IMG/VR virus record: IMGVR_UViG_3300046171_000298
Span: 3,209-67,208 of that record
Strand: one strand, 5' to 3'
Source of the DNA: a virus
DNA: 64,000 nucleotides
In this document: piece by piece, positions 27,467 through 38,544 of the stretch
Numbering within the stretch: position 1 is the first letter of the stretch
Layout: each line of letters opens with the position of its first letter
The notes under the pieces: generated by a model
The model's input: the letters and a program-made list of their open reading frames with translations, nothing else
Databases searched by the model: none
What the model was told of the DNA's origin: nothing
Program-made: the position numbers and the translations under genes

Positions 27467-30400
27467 TCAATTGGATAATCGAGGCGCATTGGCTTCGACC
27501 CATTGCTTACTATCGGCATCCTCAAGTAAGATATAAAGTTGCCCGTCGTTACGGTTATACCAAAGTGTACCTTCACTATAGGAGTTTGCATCAGGTACTG
27601 ACGATGTCATTAGAACTGGAACTGTAATAAAGTCAGCGACTTTATTGTCAACGTATAATTTATTTGTTAAATGTTCATCTGATGTTGGAGCTGTAGATGC
27701 AGAAACAAGGCCACCGAATGTGGCTGTACCGTCTACTCCAATGACTGAATCAGAAGAGCTAACTTGATAGTTCTCATCAACAGTTGTGTCATCAACTTTG
27801 ATACCAAGAATCAATAAACCGCCAGAAGGATAGGAATTCTTCCATGTGATGCTTGATAACTCGTAGGGGAATGTGATGTACTGTGAAACATCAACATCAT
27901 TAAAGCTACGCGGTGTTGCTGTGCCGGGGATTTCGACTTCAGAAGCTAGTCCTGCATTAAGAACCAAGGGGCTATCAGTTCCTGCACCCATTATCTGAAT
28001 AAATTCCAGTTTTGAGGTGACTGTGAGTGGAGTGAATGAAATACCAGATCCATCTCCACCACGAACGTCGAAGAAGTTGTTACCGCCATCAAACAACTGG
28101 TTATTGATTACGTTACCAATATTTTGAACATTGGGTTCATATGTGCCCCCACCTGAGCCCATGACTATCGCACCACTCATATTGCCGCCTGCGAGAGGCA
28201 AGAGCAGAGCATCAGCTGCGATACGTGCAGCTTCTTCAGTGTCAATGTTTGATTGAAGAGTGGTATCTGCACTGCTGCGAGCTGTTGATTCAGCTGTAAG
28301 CAGTGTTTGAGTTGTGGGATCAGCTTCAAGCGTATCGATGCGACCTGACAGTGCGGTATCAGCTGAAGTACGGGCAGCCTCTTCTGCAGTAACAGCTGCG
28401 GCCCGATCAGAGACTTCCTGAGCCAGGTTGTTGTTAAGGGTTGTGTCAGCAGTGACGCGAGCAGTTACCTCTGCATTAACAGCGGCTTGGCGGTCACTAA
28501 CTTCAGTCGCCAGATTTGCAGTTAATGTACTATCAGCTGCAATACGAGCATTTTCTTCAGTCGTGATATCGCTTTGCAGTGCTGTGACTGCATTAGCGCG
28601 AGCTGTTGCTTCTGCATCAATGTTTGACTGCAGAGTTGTGTCAGCAGATGTTCTAGCGCTAGCTTCTGCATCAATGTTTGATTGCAGTGTAGTATCAGCT
28701 GCTGTACGAGCTGATTCTTCAGCGGAAATTGCGGCTGTACGTGCTGTTGCTTCATCAGAAACAGTGGTGTCAACGTAGAGCTTGTTCGTAAGATTTGAAT
28801 CAGAGGTTGGTGCAACTGAAGTACTGATTTTACCGTCGAAGGAAGCAGAGCCATCAGCTTTCAGCTGAATGCTGCTTGTTAATTCAGTTGTGCCGCCAAC
28901 ATAAACAGCTCCAGTAAAGCCAGCGCCTACACCAGTTTGCCAGTTGTTTCCGTCATATTTCCATTCAACATTAGCTCCGTCAACTGTAATACCTGAACCA
29001 GCTGCTGCTGCATCAGATTGTCCTTTACCAACAACAATCATCTTGTCGGTAACATCAAGGTCGGTTGTATTGATTGTTGTCGTTGTACCGTTAACAATCA
29101 AATCACCACCGATTGTGACGTTGCCAGTTGTATCAACTGAAGCAGCGCTGACGCTTACGAATGTTGCAGCGCCATCACCATCAACACTGTAGTTAACGTT
29201 AGTGCCTTTTGTTCCTGTAATAGCACCAGTTGCGTCAACCTTGACGCCAGTTGTGTTATTACCAAAGATTGCAACACCATCTGTTTGGAACTTCATCTTG
29301 TCGGAAGCACCGACAGTTACGTTTCCAGTAAAGTTACCACCGGCTTTTGCCATCTTGGTGGTGGATAATGTAGAAATCTCACCTTGGTTGGTTGCAATCT
29401 GACCAAGGTTATAAGGAGCGATTAAATCATCAGCATATTTTTTCGTTGCCGCTTGCTTATCATCAGAAGCAAGTGTTGGGTGGTCACTCAGTACCAGCAA
29501 GCCGGTCATTGTGTCACCAGTCTGATCGACGTATGTACCGCTGACTGCATCAATTGCTGTATTACGGTCAATAACTTCTTGTGCAATAGCAGAAGCAATT
29601 GCTGAATTACGGTCGGTAACTTCAGTAGAAATTGCAGCGGAGATTGCGGAAGTGCGGTCGCTGCCTTCAGTTGCTAATTGCTGAGTTGTAGCGTAAGTAT
29701 TAGTATCAACCGAACCGTCAGCTTTAAGGAATTCAGTTGAAGCACCACCTGTTTTGACAAACTGTGTAGCTTCTGCAATGTCAATGATTTTAACTTTACC
29801 GGTGCCAGCACCTGTAAGAACTAAGTCACCGCCATCGATGTCAGATGTAATTTGACCAACAGAAATGTCATTGGCAAATTTAATTGCATTACCATCAGAG
29901 CTATTAAAGGAATAGCCTGCATACAATGTCAGGGGAGCTTTAACAGCAACAACACCTGTACCTTCTGGATTCAGCTCAAGGTCACCATCACCAGTTGGCT
30001 GGAAGATAACGTTTTGACCATTATCAGCACTAAGGACAAGGTTCTCAGAATCATCTTCGTGCAGGATTCGTGTACCATTCAAGTACAGTGAACCAGGACC
30101 GATGTAGACGTCCTTCCACATCTTGGTTGGTGAACCAAGGCTGTGTACGTTATCAGTAGCGGGTAAGATATCAGCATTCAGTGTCATCTCGCCTTTAAAC
30201 ACTGATGTACCATCTGTGTTCAGGAAGATTTTATCTGCGATTTGAACTCCATTATGGATTTGCTGAGTTGATGTTGCAGTCTTTACAACATATCGCTCAT
30301 CAGATGGAGCTTTACGATAGTAAAGGTCATCAAGGTTTGTTGTAGCAGGACTTGCATCAACCCAAGCAGAACCGTTATAAATATACAGTCTGTTGTCTGA

Positions 30401-30742
30401 TGTATCCCAATACTGTTCACCTTCAACAGCTGTAACTGGTGCTGTAGCTAAAACCTGAGCAACGCCACCTAAAAACTTAGGAGCTGTCAGGTTACCTGTC
30501 ATTACATCACCATCGACATTGACGTAACGGTCGTCAAGTGTGGTTCCAGGTGTAACGTCAGGTACAGCAAGAAACTGTAGTTTCTGAATTACGTTATTAG
30601 AATCTTTAATAAAGATTGTAGGGTCGGATGACGCATAGTTGATTGCGATTTCACCGAACTCCATTTGTGCAACTGAAGGCGGTTGCGCAGTTAAACTGTC
30701 ACTAGTAAGTACGCGCAAGCTGCGCTTTAGTTGTAATTTCAT
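27467..30742 (-). CDS. Long tail fibre / proximal fibre with coiled-coil shaft
   Basis: MKLQLKRS...GEIAIN N-terminus, TKxYVD knobs, TTLQSNIDAE repeats. Confidence 0.8.
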   Translation of the reverse strand: MKLQLKRSLRVLTSDSLTAQPPSVAQMEFGEIAINYASSDPTIFIKDSNNVIQKLQFLAVPDVTPGTTLDDRYVNVDGDVMTGNLTAPKFLGGVAQVLATAPVTAVEGEQYWDTSDNRLYIYNGSAWVDASPATTNLDDLYYRKAPSDERYVVKTATSTQQIHNGVQIADKIFLNTDGTSVFKGEMTLNADILPATDNVHSLGSPTKMWKDVYIGPGSLYLNGTRILHEDDSENLVLSADNGQNVIFQPTGDGDLELNPEGTGVVAVKAPLTLYAGYSFNSSDGNAIKFANDISVGQITSDIDGGDLVLTGAGTGKVKIIDIAEATQFVKTGGASTEFLKADGSVDTNTYATTQQLATEGSDRTSAISAAISTEVTDRNSAIASAIAQEVIDRNTAIDAVSGTYVDQTGDTMTGLLVLSDHPTLASDDKQAATKKYADDLIAPYNLGQIATNQGEISTLSTTKMAKAGGNFTGNVTVGASDKMKFQTDGVAIFGNNTTGVKVDATGAITGTKGTNVNYSVDGDGAATFVSVSAASVDTTGNVTIGGDLIVNGTTTTINTTDLDVTDKMIVVGKGQSDAAAAGSGITVDGANVEWKYDGNNWQTGVGAGFTGAVYVGGTTELTSSIQLKADGSASFDGKISTSVAPTSDSNLTNKLYVDTTVSDEATARTAAISAEESARTAADTTLQSNIDAEASARTSADTTLQSNIDAEATARANAVTALQSDITTEENARIAADSTLTANLATEVSDRQAAVNAEVTARVTADTTLNNNLAQEVSDRAAAVTAEEAARTSADTALSGRIDTLEADPTTQTLLTAESTARSSADTTLQSNIDTEEAARIAADALLLPLAGGNMSGAIVMGSGGGTYEPNVQNIGNVINNQLFDGGNNFFDVRGGDGSGISFTPLTVTSKLEFIQIMGAGTDSPLVLNAGLASEVEIPGTATPRSFNDVDVSQYITFPYELSSITWKNSYPSGGLLILGIKVDDTTVDENYQVSSSDSVIGVDGTATFGGLVSASTAPTSDEHLTNKLYVDNKVADFITVPVLMTSSVPDANSYSEGTLWYNRNDGQLYILLEDADSKQWVEANAPRLSN

Positions 30743-30865
30743 TGCTAAAAAGCTCCGGGTGGTATATACTTCCCTTTAACAAGTATATCAATATACGAAA
30801 CTTTAATGCTAAGTTTATTGTTCGATAAAGTTAACATTTTTATCTATTAATTAGAGCGTTTCAGT

Positions 30866-31402
30866 CTATGTTTGTGGATTTTGTTGAATGTCAACTGCCA
30901 TATGATTTTCTCCAACAGCAATGCCACACTGTAATACTAAGAAATCTCTTGCGTTTGATTTAGGCTCAAGTGTCCAACGTCCAGGATGTAATGAACTTAA
31001 ATAATATGCTCTGCCGATTTGTAGTGCATATGTTTCTTCATCTGTAATTTTATCTGCATTAAACATCTCAAATGATGTGTTCATAGTGAAGCGCACGACT
31101 TGACCAACATTAGTTCGATCAATTGCTACTCCAACAACACGGGCATTTTCAGGTGTAGAAGCAAGCGCAGGATATGCTTTACCATTATCATCTAATCGAA
31201 TCAGCATTCCTTGCTCAATTAACTGTGCATCATCTGCAACTTGTGCTGAACCATAGACAAGAGATACTGCTTGTGCATCACCAGCTTCAGCAGCTGTAGG
31301 TGAATCTGCAAGTTGCCATGTGCCTGGACCAAGTGCTTGGTCAGGATTGGCATAGACATAACGTCTGCCAAAGACTTCTTTTGTATCTCCAATTTGTGGC
31401 AT
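30866..31402 (-). CDS. Putative virion structural protein
   Basis: Beta-rich; GKAYPA, YYLS...G pattern; tail context. Confidence 0.55.
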   Translation of the reverse strand: MPQIGDTKEVFGRRYVYANPDQALGPGTWQLADSPTAAEAGDAQAVSLVYGSAQVADDAQLIEQGMLIRLDDNGKAYPALASTPENARVVGVAIDRTNVGQVVRFTMNTSFEMFNADKITDEETYALQIGRAYYLSSLHPGRWTLEPKSNARDFLVLQCGIAVGENHMAVDIQQNPQT

Positions 31403-31422
31403 CTGCTTACGTTAATTATCTG

Positions 31423-31647
31423 TTAGTTATCTTTTTTAATTTTACTAGCCCAATCAGACATGTCTTTTGCAATCATTTCTTTGGCACATACAGCTAATAG
31501 CTGCTGATAAATCATGACTAATTTTGATGTTTCTTTTAGATACTTTTGAAGCTTTTTTACATCTAAGCATGAATCAATTTCATCATGCATAATCCTTAAC
31601 TTTAGGTCAGATTCCATAGATACGTTGTAATCTTCTGGTGCAAACAT
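31423..31647 (-). CDS. Small helical protein, weakly NblA-like
   Basis: VSMESDLKLRIMHDEIDSC.D...LQKYLK....L...YQQLL. Confidence 0.45.
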   Translation of the reverse strand: MFAPEDYNVSMESDLKLRIMHDEIDSCLDVKKLQKYLKETSKLVMIYQQLLAVCAKEMIAKDMSDWASKIKKDN

Positions 31648-31681
31648 CTAAGTATCCTCTCATAGTAATAGTATAAATAAT

Positions 31682-31708
31682 AAAAAAGGCCACCGAGAGG
31701 GTGGCCTA
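31682..31708 (-). terminator. Rho-independent terminator
   Basis: AGGCCACC-CTCTC-GGTGGCCT followed by T-run on minus strand. Confidence 0.85.
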
Positions 31709-31721
31709 AGGGTGATAAGAA

Positions 31722-32267
31722 TCATCGTAATGTCATATCCAGAACATGTGAATCATCACCTGCACTCGCGACGAAGTCAGCAAGAGCTGCTCCATCTAAC
31801 AATCCAATGCCTATTTTCTGTAAGTCATACTCGATGTGCATCTTTGTATGAGCAGATTCATAGCCATCTTCGATTGTCAGTATATCTTGAGTGAAGTCCT
31901 GAGTTGCTTGAGTGTAGCCATTAACGATACCTTCGTTAATGTCTTCAATCTTCGCAAATGTATAACGGTCGTCGTCGTTTTCTACTGTTGTATCAGAACC
32001 GAGAGTATACTCTCCTTCCCAATTGTGAACAGTATTATCTGTGGCAACAAATATTAGGTGTCGTTCTTTAGAAGTCCAGGAGTGGAAACTCTCTGAATCC
32101 TTGAAGTGGATTTGCAGAGAGTTCCCGTTTAAATCTCCAACTTTTTCGATACCTAATAAGTCATACAACTCATCCCCAAGACTGAAGGATTGATAAGAGA
32201 TGTCGAGTGTGTTGCCATCAGACGTGAAGTCTGGTGTAAAGGCAAAGGTTACACCCGCCCTATCCAG
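31722..32267 (-). CDS. Acidic domain in frame with upstream fibre gene, possible readthrough extension
   Basis: Open frame begins immediately after TAA at 32268-32270; first candidate start is a TTG 99 nt downstream. Confidence 0.55.
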   Translation of the reverse strand: MDRAGVTFAFTPDFTSDGNTLDISYQSFSLGDELYDLLGIEKVGDLNGNSLQIHFKDSESFHSWTSKERHLIFVATDNTVHNWEGEYTLGSDTTVENDDDRYTFAKIEDINEGIVNGYTQATQDFTQDILTIEDGYESAHTKMHIEYDLQKIGIGLLDGAALADFVASAGDDSHVLDMTLR

Positions 32268-33693
32268 TTATGCAGAAGCTTCAGTTTCCAGGAAGGTCTT
32301 ATCGATGGACTTCAGCTGACCGGTGGCGGAATCAACAACCAAGAAGAGGTAGGAGGCAGGCTCTGACTGAGGCAGAGTTTCACCAACCAGCACTTCGTTC
32401 ACTTTGGTTTGCAGAGTGACTTTGGTGTTGTCAGCAGCGATACGAGCGTTAGCTTCAGCAGTCACTGCAGCAGCGCGATCGGAGACTTCGGTAGCCAGGT
32501 TGTTGGTCAGGGTTGTATCAGCAGCAGCGCGAGCAGTTGCTTCGGCTGTCACAGCAGACTGACGGTCGCTGACTTCAGTAGCCAGGTTGTTTGTCAGAGT
32601 TGTGTCTGCAGCGATACGAGCTGATTCTTCAGCGTCGATGTTGCTTTGCAGAGTTGTGTCAGCAGCAGAACGAGCAGAAGCTTCGTTTGAAACTGCAGTT
32701 GTGCGGTCAGTTACTTCCTGAGCCAAGTTAGCTGTCAGGGTGCTGTCAGCAGCTTTGAATGCAGTATCCAGAGCAGACACAGCGTTCTGACGGTCAGTAA
32801 CCTCAGTTGCCAGGTTTGTTGTCAGGGTGCTGTCAGCAGAGATACGTGCGGACTCTTCAGCATCGATGTTTGACTGCAGGGTTGTGTCAGGCAGCAGCAC
32901 GGGCAGATGCTTCAGTAGAAACAGCGGCTGTACGGTCAGTGACTTCCTGAGCCAAGTTGGTGGTCAGAGTGCTGTCAGCGGCAATGCGGGCAGCTTCTTC
33001 AGCATCGATGTTTGCCTGCAGAGCGTCGTCAGCGTTTGTACGTGCAGTTGCTTCAGCAGAAACGGCAGAGATGCGATCAGCAACTTCAGCTTCGTGAGCT
33101 GTTTCCAGGTCCTGAAGGGCAGTTGTGATTGTTGCGTCGTCAGCAATGGTGGAGCCAGTGAAGACAGTGCCGAAGTCATCAGTGTCAGCAATTTGACCAG
33201 ACAGGCTGATCAGGTTTGCAAGACGTGAACCGACGGCAGCGGTGTCGCCAGCAGCAGAAACGCCAGCAGCTTCCAGGGCTGACTCAACAGCTTGGAGAGC
33301 AGATTTGACGCTCAGGCCGGAACCGATTGTAGAGCCAGAGAAGGCACCGAGATCTGTGGAATCTTTGGCAACACCTGTCAGGGCAGCCATGTTATCCATG
33401 TGGGTCTCGTTAGCATCAATCATGCTGACGAGGTTGCCAACGATGTCGGAGCCATCGGCACCAGACATAAGGTCAGCGATTTCCTTCAGGGTGTCCAGAG
33501 CAGCAGGGGCACCACCGATCAGGTCGTTAATCTTGGCGTCCACCTGAGCGGATGTATTGTAATCCTGAAGCAGGTTAGCAACAGTGATTTGCTTAGAGTT
33601 ATAATCGTCGCCGGACTTGTCGGCAACATAAATCAGAGAATCAACAGCAGTCGAAGAAGTGCTGTTAAGCTCCGTAAGTTTAAAAGAAGCCAT
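32268..33693 (-). CDS. Coiled-coil fibre protein; frameshift near 32890
   Basis: APAALDTLKEIAD, repeats TTLQSNIDAEESARIAAD / LTNNLATEVSDR in both ORF halves. Confidence 0.8.
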
Positions 33694-33806
33694 GTTTCTA
33701 ATTCTAGAATAGAAAGTGTATTGCCTAACGCAAAATATTTACATTAGGCCTCATTTTTGATTATAACGTTCAAAACAAACACAAGTGAAATGCCAAAAGA
33801 CTCTTT

Positions 33807-34094
33807 TTAGTCTTCTAACACAAGCACGGCACGGTTTTCTAAAACATTAATTTCATTGTTCAATTCAGTAATACTGTTGACCAAAGTTTGATACAAATTG
33901 TTAGCTGAAAGCAGCGCATTAAAATCGTCAGCAGAAATTACTCCAATATCACCAAACTCTTGATGCGTGTGGTCTTCAGTCTCTGCGCTAACTCTCCAAA
34001 CTCCATTAACGTATTCCCATGTTTCGCCAGTAGTCGGATGAGTGACTATTTGACTCTCACTAGGATCAGGAAGTTGAAAGGGTGAATTTGTCAT
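33807..34094 (-). CDS. Small protein with fibre-type N-terminal module and coiled coil
   Basis: FQLPDP...HPTTGETWEYVNGVW resembles fibre N-termini. Confidence 0.6.
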   Translation of the reverse strand: MTNSPFQLPDPSESQIVTHPTTGETWEYVNGVWRVSAETEDHTHQEFGDIGVISADDFNALLSANNLYQTLVNSITELNNEINVLENRAVLVLED

Positions 34095-34179
34095 TATTTA
34101 CCTGCCAATATTCATATTCTAAGGCTAAAAAAAGAAAATGATGTATGTTTCCGAGTCTCAACAAAAAATAAGCCTTTAA

Positions 34180-35389
34180 TTATCTTCTATCAGGATTAAT
34201 CCAAGCACCATTGCTATGGAAATACATTTTAAACTCAGTAGTGTCAAACCAAATATCTCCGTTTCTCAACATCACTCCCTGTAGGAATTGTTGTCTGATG
34301 GAAAATTTTGTTTGTACCTTCTGTACTTACTCGATCTGGATTAATCCAGGTATCTTGGTCACGTACTAAAAGCCTGAGATTTAAACGGTCGTACCATAAA
34401 TCGCCATTGTTCACTACGGCATCTGCAGGTGCAGAGTACTCATAAAAGAATTGATGCTTCTGGTCTAACTCTGTTTGGAGAATTTGAAGCTGCTCATTAG
34501 TGTAAGAGATTGTTGCGTAATCATCATTTTGTGGATAGATGAATACTTTTATTTCATCACCAATTTCATATGTATTAGATCCGCTACTTAATTGAGTTTG
34601 ATAAAAAGTAGGCAGAACATCAACGATTGTATAACGATTAATTGAACCATCGTCAGATTCAATATCAATAATATCACCTGCTGTACCGGGAATTGATACT
34701 AAACCATTTTTGTCATGAGAACTGATAGCTATGTTTATAAATTCGCTTGTATTACTTAAATCAGATGTGGCGACTTGACCATCACTACTTGCTTCAGGTA
34801 AATCAAATTCATTGAATATTTCATACTCACGAGAAGAACTTCTTCTGGCAGACAGTTCATCAACCGTATTACGAAGTAAATTAAGCTCATCACTCAATGC
34901 AGAAGTGCTTCCACTACCTCCATTAATTTCAATCCACTGAATGCCGTTCCACAAGAAATAAGCACCGATATCTGTGTTATACCAGCTTTGACCTGTAAAT
35001 GGATTTTCCGGAGGCTGGTTAGTAACTACTGTTAGTCCATCCCCTCCATTTGCTTGATAGAAGCCATCATTGACCCACACCATCAAACGACCTTGGCGTG
35101 TATCAAACCACAGCGTGCCGTTATCCGGCGGCGGCTCCCATGTGTCACCAATAATATGACCATCGTCGTCATACACAGGCATCCACTGAGGTGGGGTAAT
35201 GCCAATATGAGATTGAGCAATGTTTAATGACAAAATGGCTGCTACAAGACCACCCATGTTTGAGGGATAATCTTTAATTCCAAATCCTTGGCGACTAATC
35301 AAGCTATTAGCAGCTGCAATAGCTCCGTCGATGTTTGCGCCTAATGATCCGTAATTACCTTTTGCAGGAGTAACAGTCATTTTCTTCAA
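34180..35389 (-). CDS. Putative tail structural protein (frameshift near 34265)
   Basis: Repeated GxLW(F/Y)D...L...W modules; corrected end GDIWFDTTEFKMYFHSNGAWINPDRR. Confidence 0.65.
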
Positions 35390-35417
35390 TACGTACCTAT
35401 TATTATTGTACTTTTAT

Positions 35418-37172
35418 TTAGAACTTAGAATTTAACATCACAAACGCTGTCTCGATTTCATTTAAATTAAGACCTTGTGCAAGCATAAAAACAATCTCAG
35501 CTGTTGTAATATTAGACCTACGTAATTGTGCTTTAAATTCAACGCCAACTTCATCCATATCTTTCTTTAGTCGTTGCTCAAACTTAATACGACTTTCAAA
35601 ACTAGGAACTGCTTTGGGTTCTTGCATTTTGATTTTATTAATCATCATTGCAGCAACTGTATGTTTACAGATACGAAAGCTATTGCGATACTTCTGGGTT
35701 TCCCATGATTGCAATATGCCTGCAGCTTCTGCAGTTCCAGAAGAATCAAATGAGTTTTTACCCATCGCAGATGGCAGCGGGAATCTACGCTGACGGTTTT
35801 GAGTAGTCCCTCCTTCTCCTAATGCCTCAGGCATACGCACTACGGCATGAGTAAAATCTGGGCAACTACAGCAAAATACTTCCGCAATCTTTAGTTCAGT
35901 ATCTTTTGTAAATACAAGATCATACCAAGGGTCAATATCTATAATTAGACGTTGCCATAGTGCTTCGTTAGGAGCTGGAGCGGCATGGAGATAATTCCCA
36001 TCTGAATCTGTATCAACTACTTGTCTTGTAAAGCTTTTATCAGCAAGTATCAAAAATCCTTCATTATCTGCATCTGCAAATAGGTTGATGTTTAGATTAA
36101 ATGGCTCAGCCGTCAGTTCTAGATTATCACCATTAATTAATACTGACCTAATATTAAAGGGAAAGATTGCATATGATAGCTCACTGACTTCTTGTTTCAC
36201 TACATCACCAGTCAGATACTGCTGACCATAAAACCGTTGATAATCACTTTTGCGAAATCGAAATGTTGCAGATAATTCACCTACGGCCACTTGCGTTTCA
36301 AAAATTGATGGTAAAGCGGCTATATCTAGCAACGCAGGGTTTAGGGTTTCGTTGTTATTTAAGATTTTAAATAAAGAACTTGTAAGTCTATCGTTGACTT
36401 CATAGTCAAAATACTCTGACTGATCATAATATGATCCAACATTTTCCGTACTCTTTTCGTTTAAAAAGTTTGGGAAATAACCAATTTTACCAATTAAATT
36501 ATTGACATTACCTCTGTTATCTTGCATAAACTCTGTCTGCAAAACATCAGTTAAAGGCACTTTTACAACAACTGATGCTTTGTTATTGTCAACAGTTTTT
36601 CCTTTGTATATAGCAGGTAATTGCTTGCTAGTTAATACGTTAACTATATTTGCAGATGTCTCTCCATCTGTAATGCGTTCTCCGAGTAGCCTCTTAAAAC
36701 TAGTTGCAGTTGTTGCTAAAGTTCGCTCAATTTGTACAAGTATTTCTTCTCGATTTATATATTCTTTATATAATTCTTTATCAGTAAAAACTTTTTTTAT
36801 TTTCCCATATGACTTGCCGTTTAATACAGTGCGTTTAGCTGTATAGTGACTTCTACTATCTGCATTGGTTGTAGAGAACTGTTTGCTATCAAAAAAGACT
36901 TTTGATTCATCACTAGTTCCAGCGTATAGAGCAGATTCAATATCTTCTTGGTCTAAGTAAGCACCTTGATAGAAATACTCGATGCCCTTTCTCCATCGCG
37001 TCCAATCACTGTCGATGTCATACTTTTCGATAACAGATCGATGAACTGATGTGCCAAACCGACGATTGCCCGGATAATTACCAGCAGCGCTAAATGACTT
37101 TGATTTACTTACCTTTGCACTAAATCCCTTAACTTGAAAGTCGTTCTTTTGACGACTTCTTTTCTTTGGCAT
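35418..37172 (-). CDS. Large protein with SWIM-type zinc finger
   Basis: CSCPDF ... CKH motif in C-terminal part. Confidence 0.65.
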   Translation of the reverse strand: MPKKRSRQKNDFQVKGFSAKVSKSKSFSAAGNYPGNRRFGTSVHRSVIEKYDIDSDWTRWRKGIEYFYQGAYLDQEDIESALYAGTSDESKVFFDSKQFSTTNADSRSHYTAKRTVLNGKSYGKIKKVFTDKELYKEYINREEILVQIERTLATTATSFKRLLGERITDGETSANIVNVLTSKQLPAIYKGKTVDNNKASVVVKVPLTDVLQTEFMQDNRGNVNNLIGKIGYFPNFLNEKSTENVGSYYDQSEYFDYEVNDRLTSSLFKILNNNETLNPALLDIAALPSIFETQVAVGELSATFRFRKSDYQRFYGQQYLTGDVVKQEVSELSYAIFPFNIRSVLINGDNLELTAEPFNLNINLFADADNEGFLILADKSFTRQVVDTDSDGNYLHAAPAPNEALWQRLIIDIDPWYDLVFTKDTELKIAEVFCCSCPDFTHAVVRMPEALGEGGTTQNRQRRFPLPSAMGKNSFDSSGTAEAAGILQSWETQKYRNSFRICKHTVAAMMINKIKMQEPKAVPSFESRIKFEQRLKKDMDEVGVEFKAQLRRSNITTAEIVFMLAQGLNLNEIETAFVMLNSKF

Positions 37173-37681
37173 TAGAAGAAGCCGCCAGACACTCCTAAAA
37201 TTGGTGCGTTGTTAATGTTGTCTGATAAATTATCTGTTTGTCTTGCAGCCCACAGAGCTTTACCTTTAGGCACATAGAATGCTCGCAATTGACCTTCAGC
37301 TCCTACATTAGGCAACGGTGCAAGAATCTTTGGCAAATCTGTTGCATGCATCCATTCATTCTTTGTAGAACTTGCAATGTGTTGGCCGACAAAAATTGCA
37401 CCTTCTCTTAAAAAGTCAAAATCAGAACTTAAATATAAATTAATAGGATAATCATAGGTTTCTGGGTTACCGTTACTGTCAGTTCTGGTTCCTTGTCCTT
37501 GGGAGATAATATAGATGTCTTCAATCACTGCACCATCATTTGTTGTGCAATTTAAAATCATCTGAGCAAAGTTAGTACCTGTAACTTTTTCAGTCAGAAT
37601 TGTTGGTGTTGCCATCTCATATACTTCGTGAAATACACGATCGACGAGCAACGGTTGTTTATTTGTAGACGTTGAAGCCAT
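37172..37681 (-). CDS. Putative virion structural protein
   Basis: ORF track, structural module. Confidence 0.6.
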   Translation of the reverse strand: MASTSTNKQPLLVDRVFHEVYEMATPTILTEKVTGTNFAQMILNCTTNDGAVIEDIYIISQGQGTRTDSNGNPETYDYPINLYLSSDFDFLREGAIFVGQHIASSTKNEWMHATDLPKILAPLPNVGAEGQLRAFYVPKGKALWAARQTDNLSDNINNAPILGVSGGFF

Positions 37682-37692
37682 GATATCGTTCC

Positions 37693-38250
37693 TTACTGAT
37701 TAGGTTGCTGATTACGGCCACCGTTTCCAGTGTTCATCCCACGTTGAAAGGGAATTGTTCTTGCCGTTTGTTGTGGCATTTGTCCTGGAACATTGCCTGG
37801 CATTGGTGTTTGACTACCCATGATTCCCATTGGGCCAATAGCAGCCGACTGCGTCATGTTTCTCTGAGCTGCAGAATTAGCTGCTGCCATAGCAATCATC
37901 TGCTCAGCTGGCATGCCATCAGGAGCTCCTGCGCCAGGATGTCCAATGGGTATACGGTTGAGCATGCCTGCAGGTCTTACAAGCATGTTTTGGGGTGCAC
38001 CAGACGGCATCGACACGCCTACAACACCAACACCTGGGTGGCTTTGAGGTACACCGCCGTCATAGTAAAGGTTTTGCATACCATTACTTGATGGGGTGAT
38101 TAATGCATTATTAGGATTCCCATCCATATTATTTGATGTCTGAGGAGAGCCCGGCAAAGGCCTAGCTGTCACTTCAATTTTAGAACGATCATCACCCATT
38201 GCTTGTGAGTTTAAATAACGCCGATCGTTAGGGCCTGCTGTCATTGCCAT
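37693..38250 (-). CDS. Low-complexity hypothetical protein
   Basis: ORF track. Confidence 0.55.
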   Translation of the reverse strand: MAMTAGPNDRRYLNSQAMGDDRSKIEVTARPLPGSPQTSNNMDGNPNNALITPSSNGMQNLYYDGGVPQSHPGVGVVGVSMPSGAPQNMLVRPAGMLNRIPIGHPGAGAPDGMPAEQMIAMAAANSAAQRNMTQSAAIGPMGIMGSQTPMPGNVPGQMPQQTARTIPFQRGMNTGNGGRNQQPNQ

Positions 38251-38252
38251 GA

Positions 38253-38513
38253 TTATCCAATGTTGTAGAGCGTATGAGGATCATTCAAATTCTTACGCCC
38301 TTTAAGAAGTGCGTTCATTCCCAATTCACTAGCACCTGCATGAGGTTCAAGTGTTTGTGACTCTCCAGATTCTAAATACGCAGTTTGCTGACCGTATTGA
38401 ACAGGAGCACTGTTGAATTTATTATCACCTTGAGCTTTTGCCTGAGCAATTGCATTCGCATATTCTTCAGGGTCGTAGTCAAACTTACGTCCAAATGTAA
38501 TTTTTTGGGTCAT
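38253..38513 (-). CDS. Hypothetical protein
   Basis: ORF track; RBS GAGG upstream. Confidence 0.6.
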   Translation of the reverse strand: MTQKITFGRKFDYDPEEYANAIAQAKAQGDNKFNSAPVQYGQQTAYLESGESQTLEPHAGASELGMNALLKGRKNLNDPHTLYNIG

Positions 38514-38544
38514 AATAATACCTCTACCTAAACTTATTCTACTA

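Noticed and set aside
28428-33747. Several + strand ORFs opposite fibre genes
   Set aside because: Antisense shadows of Ala/Thr-rich repetitive coding sequence
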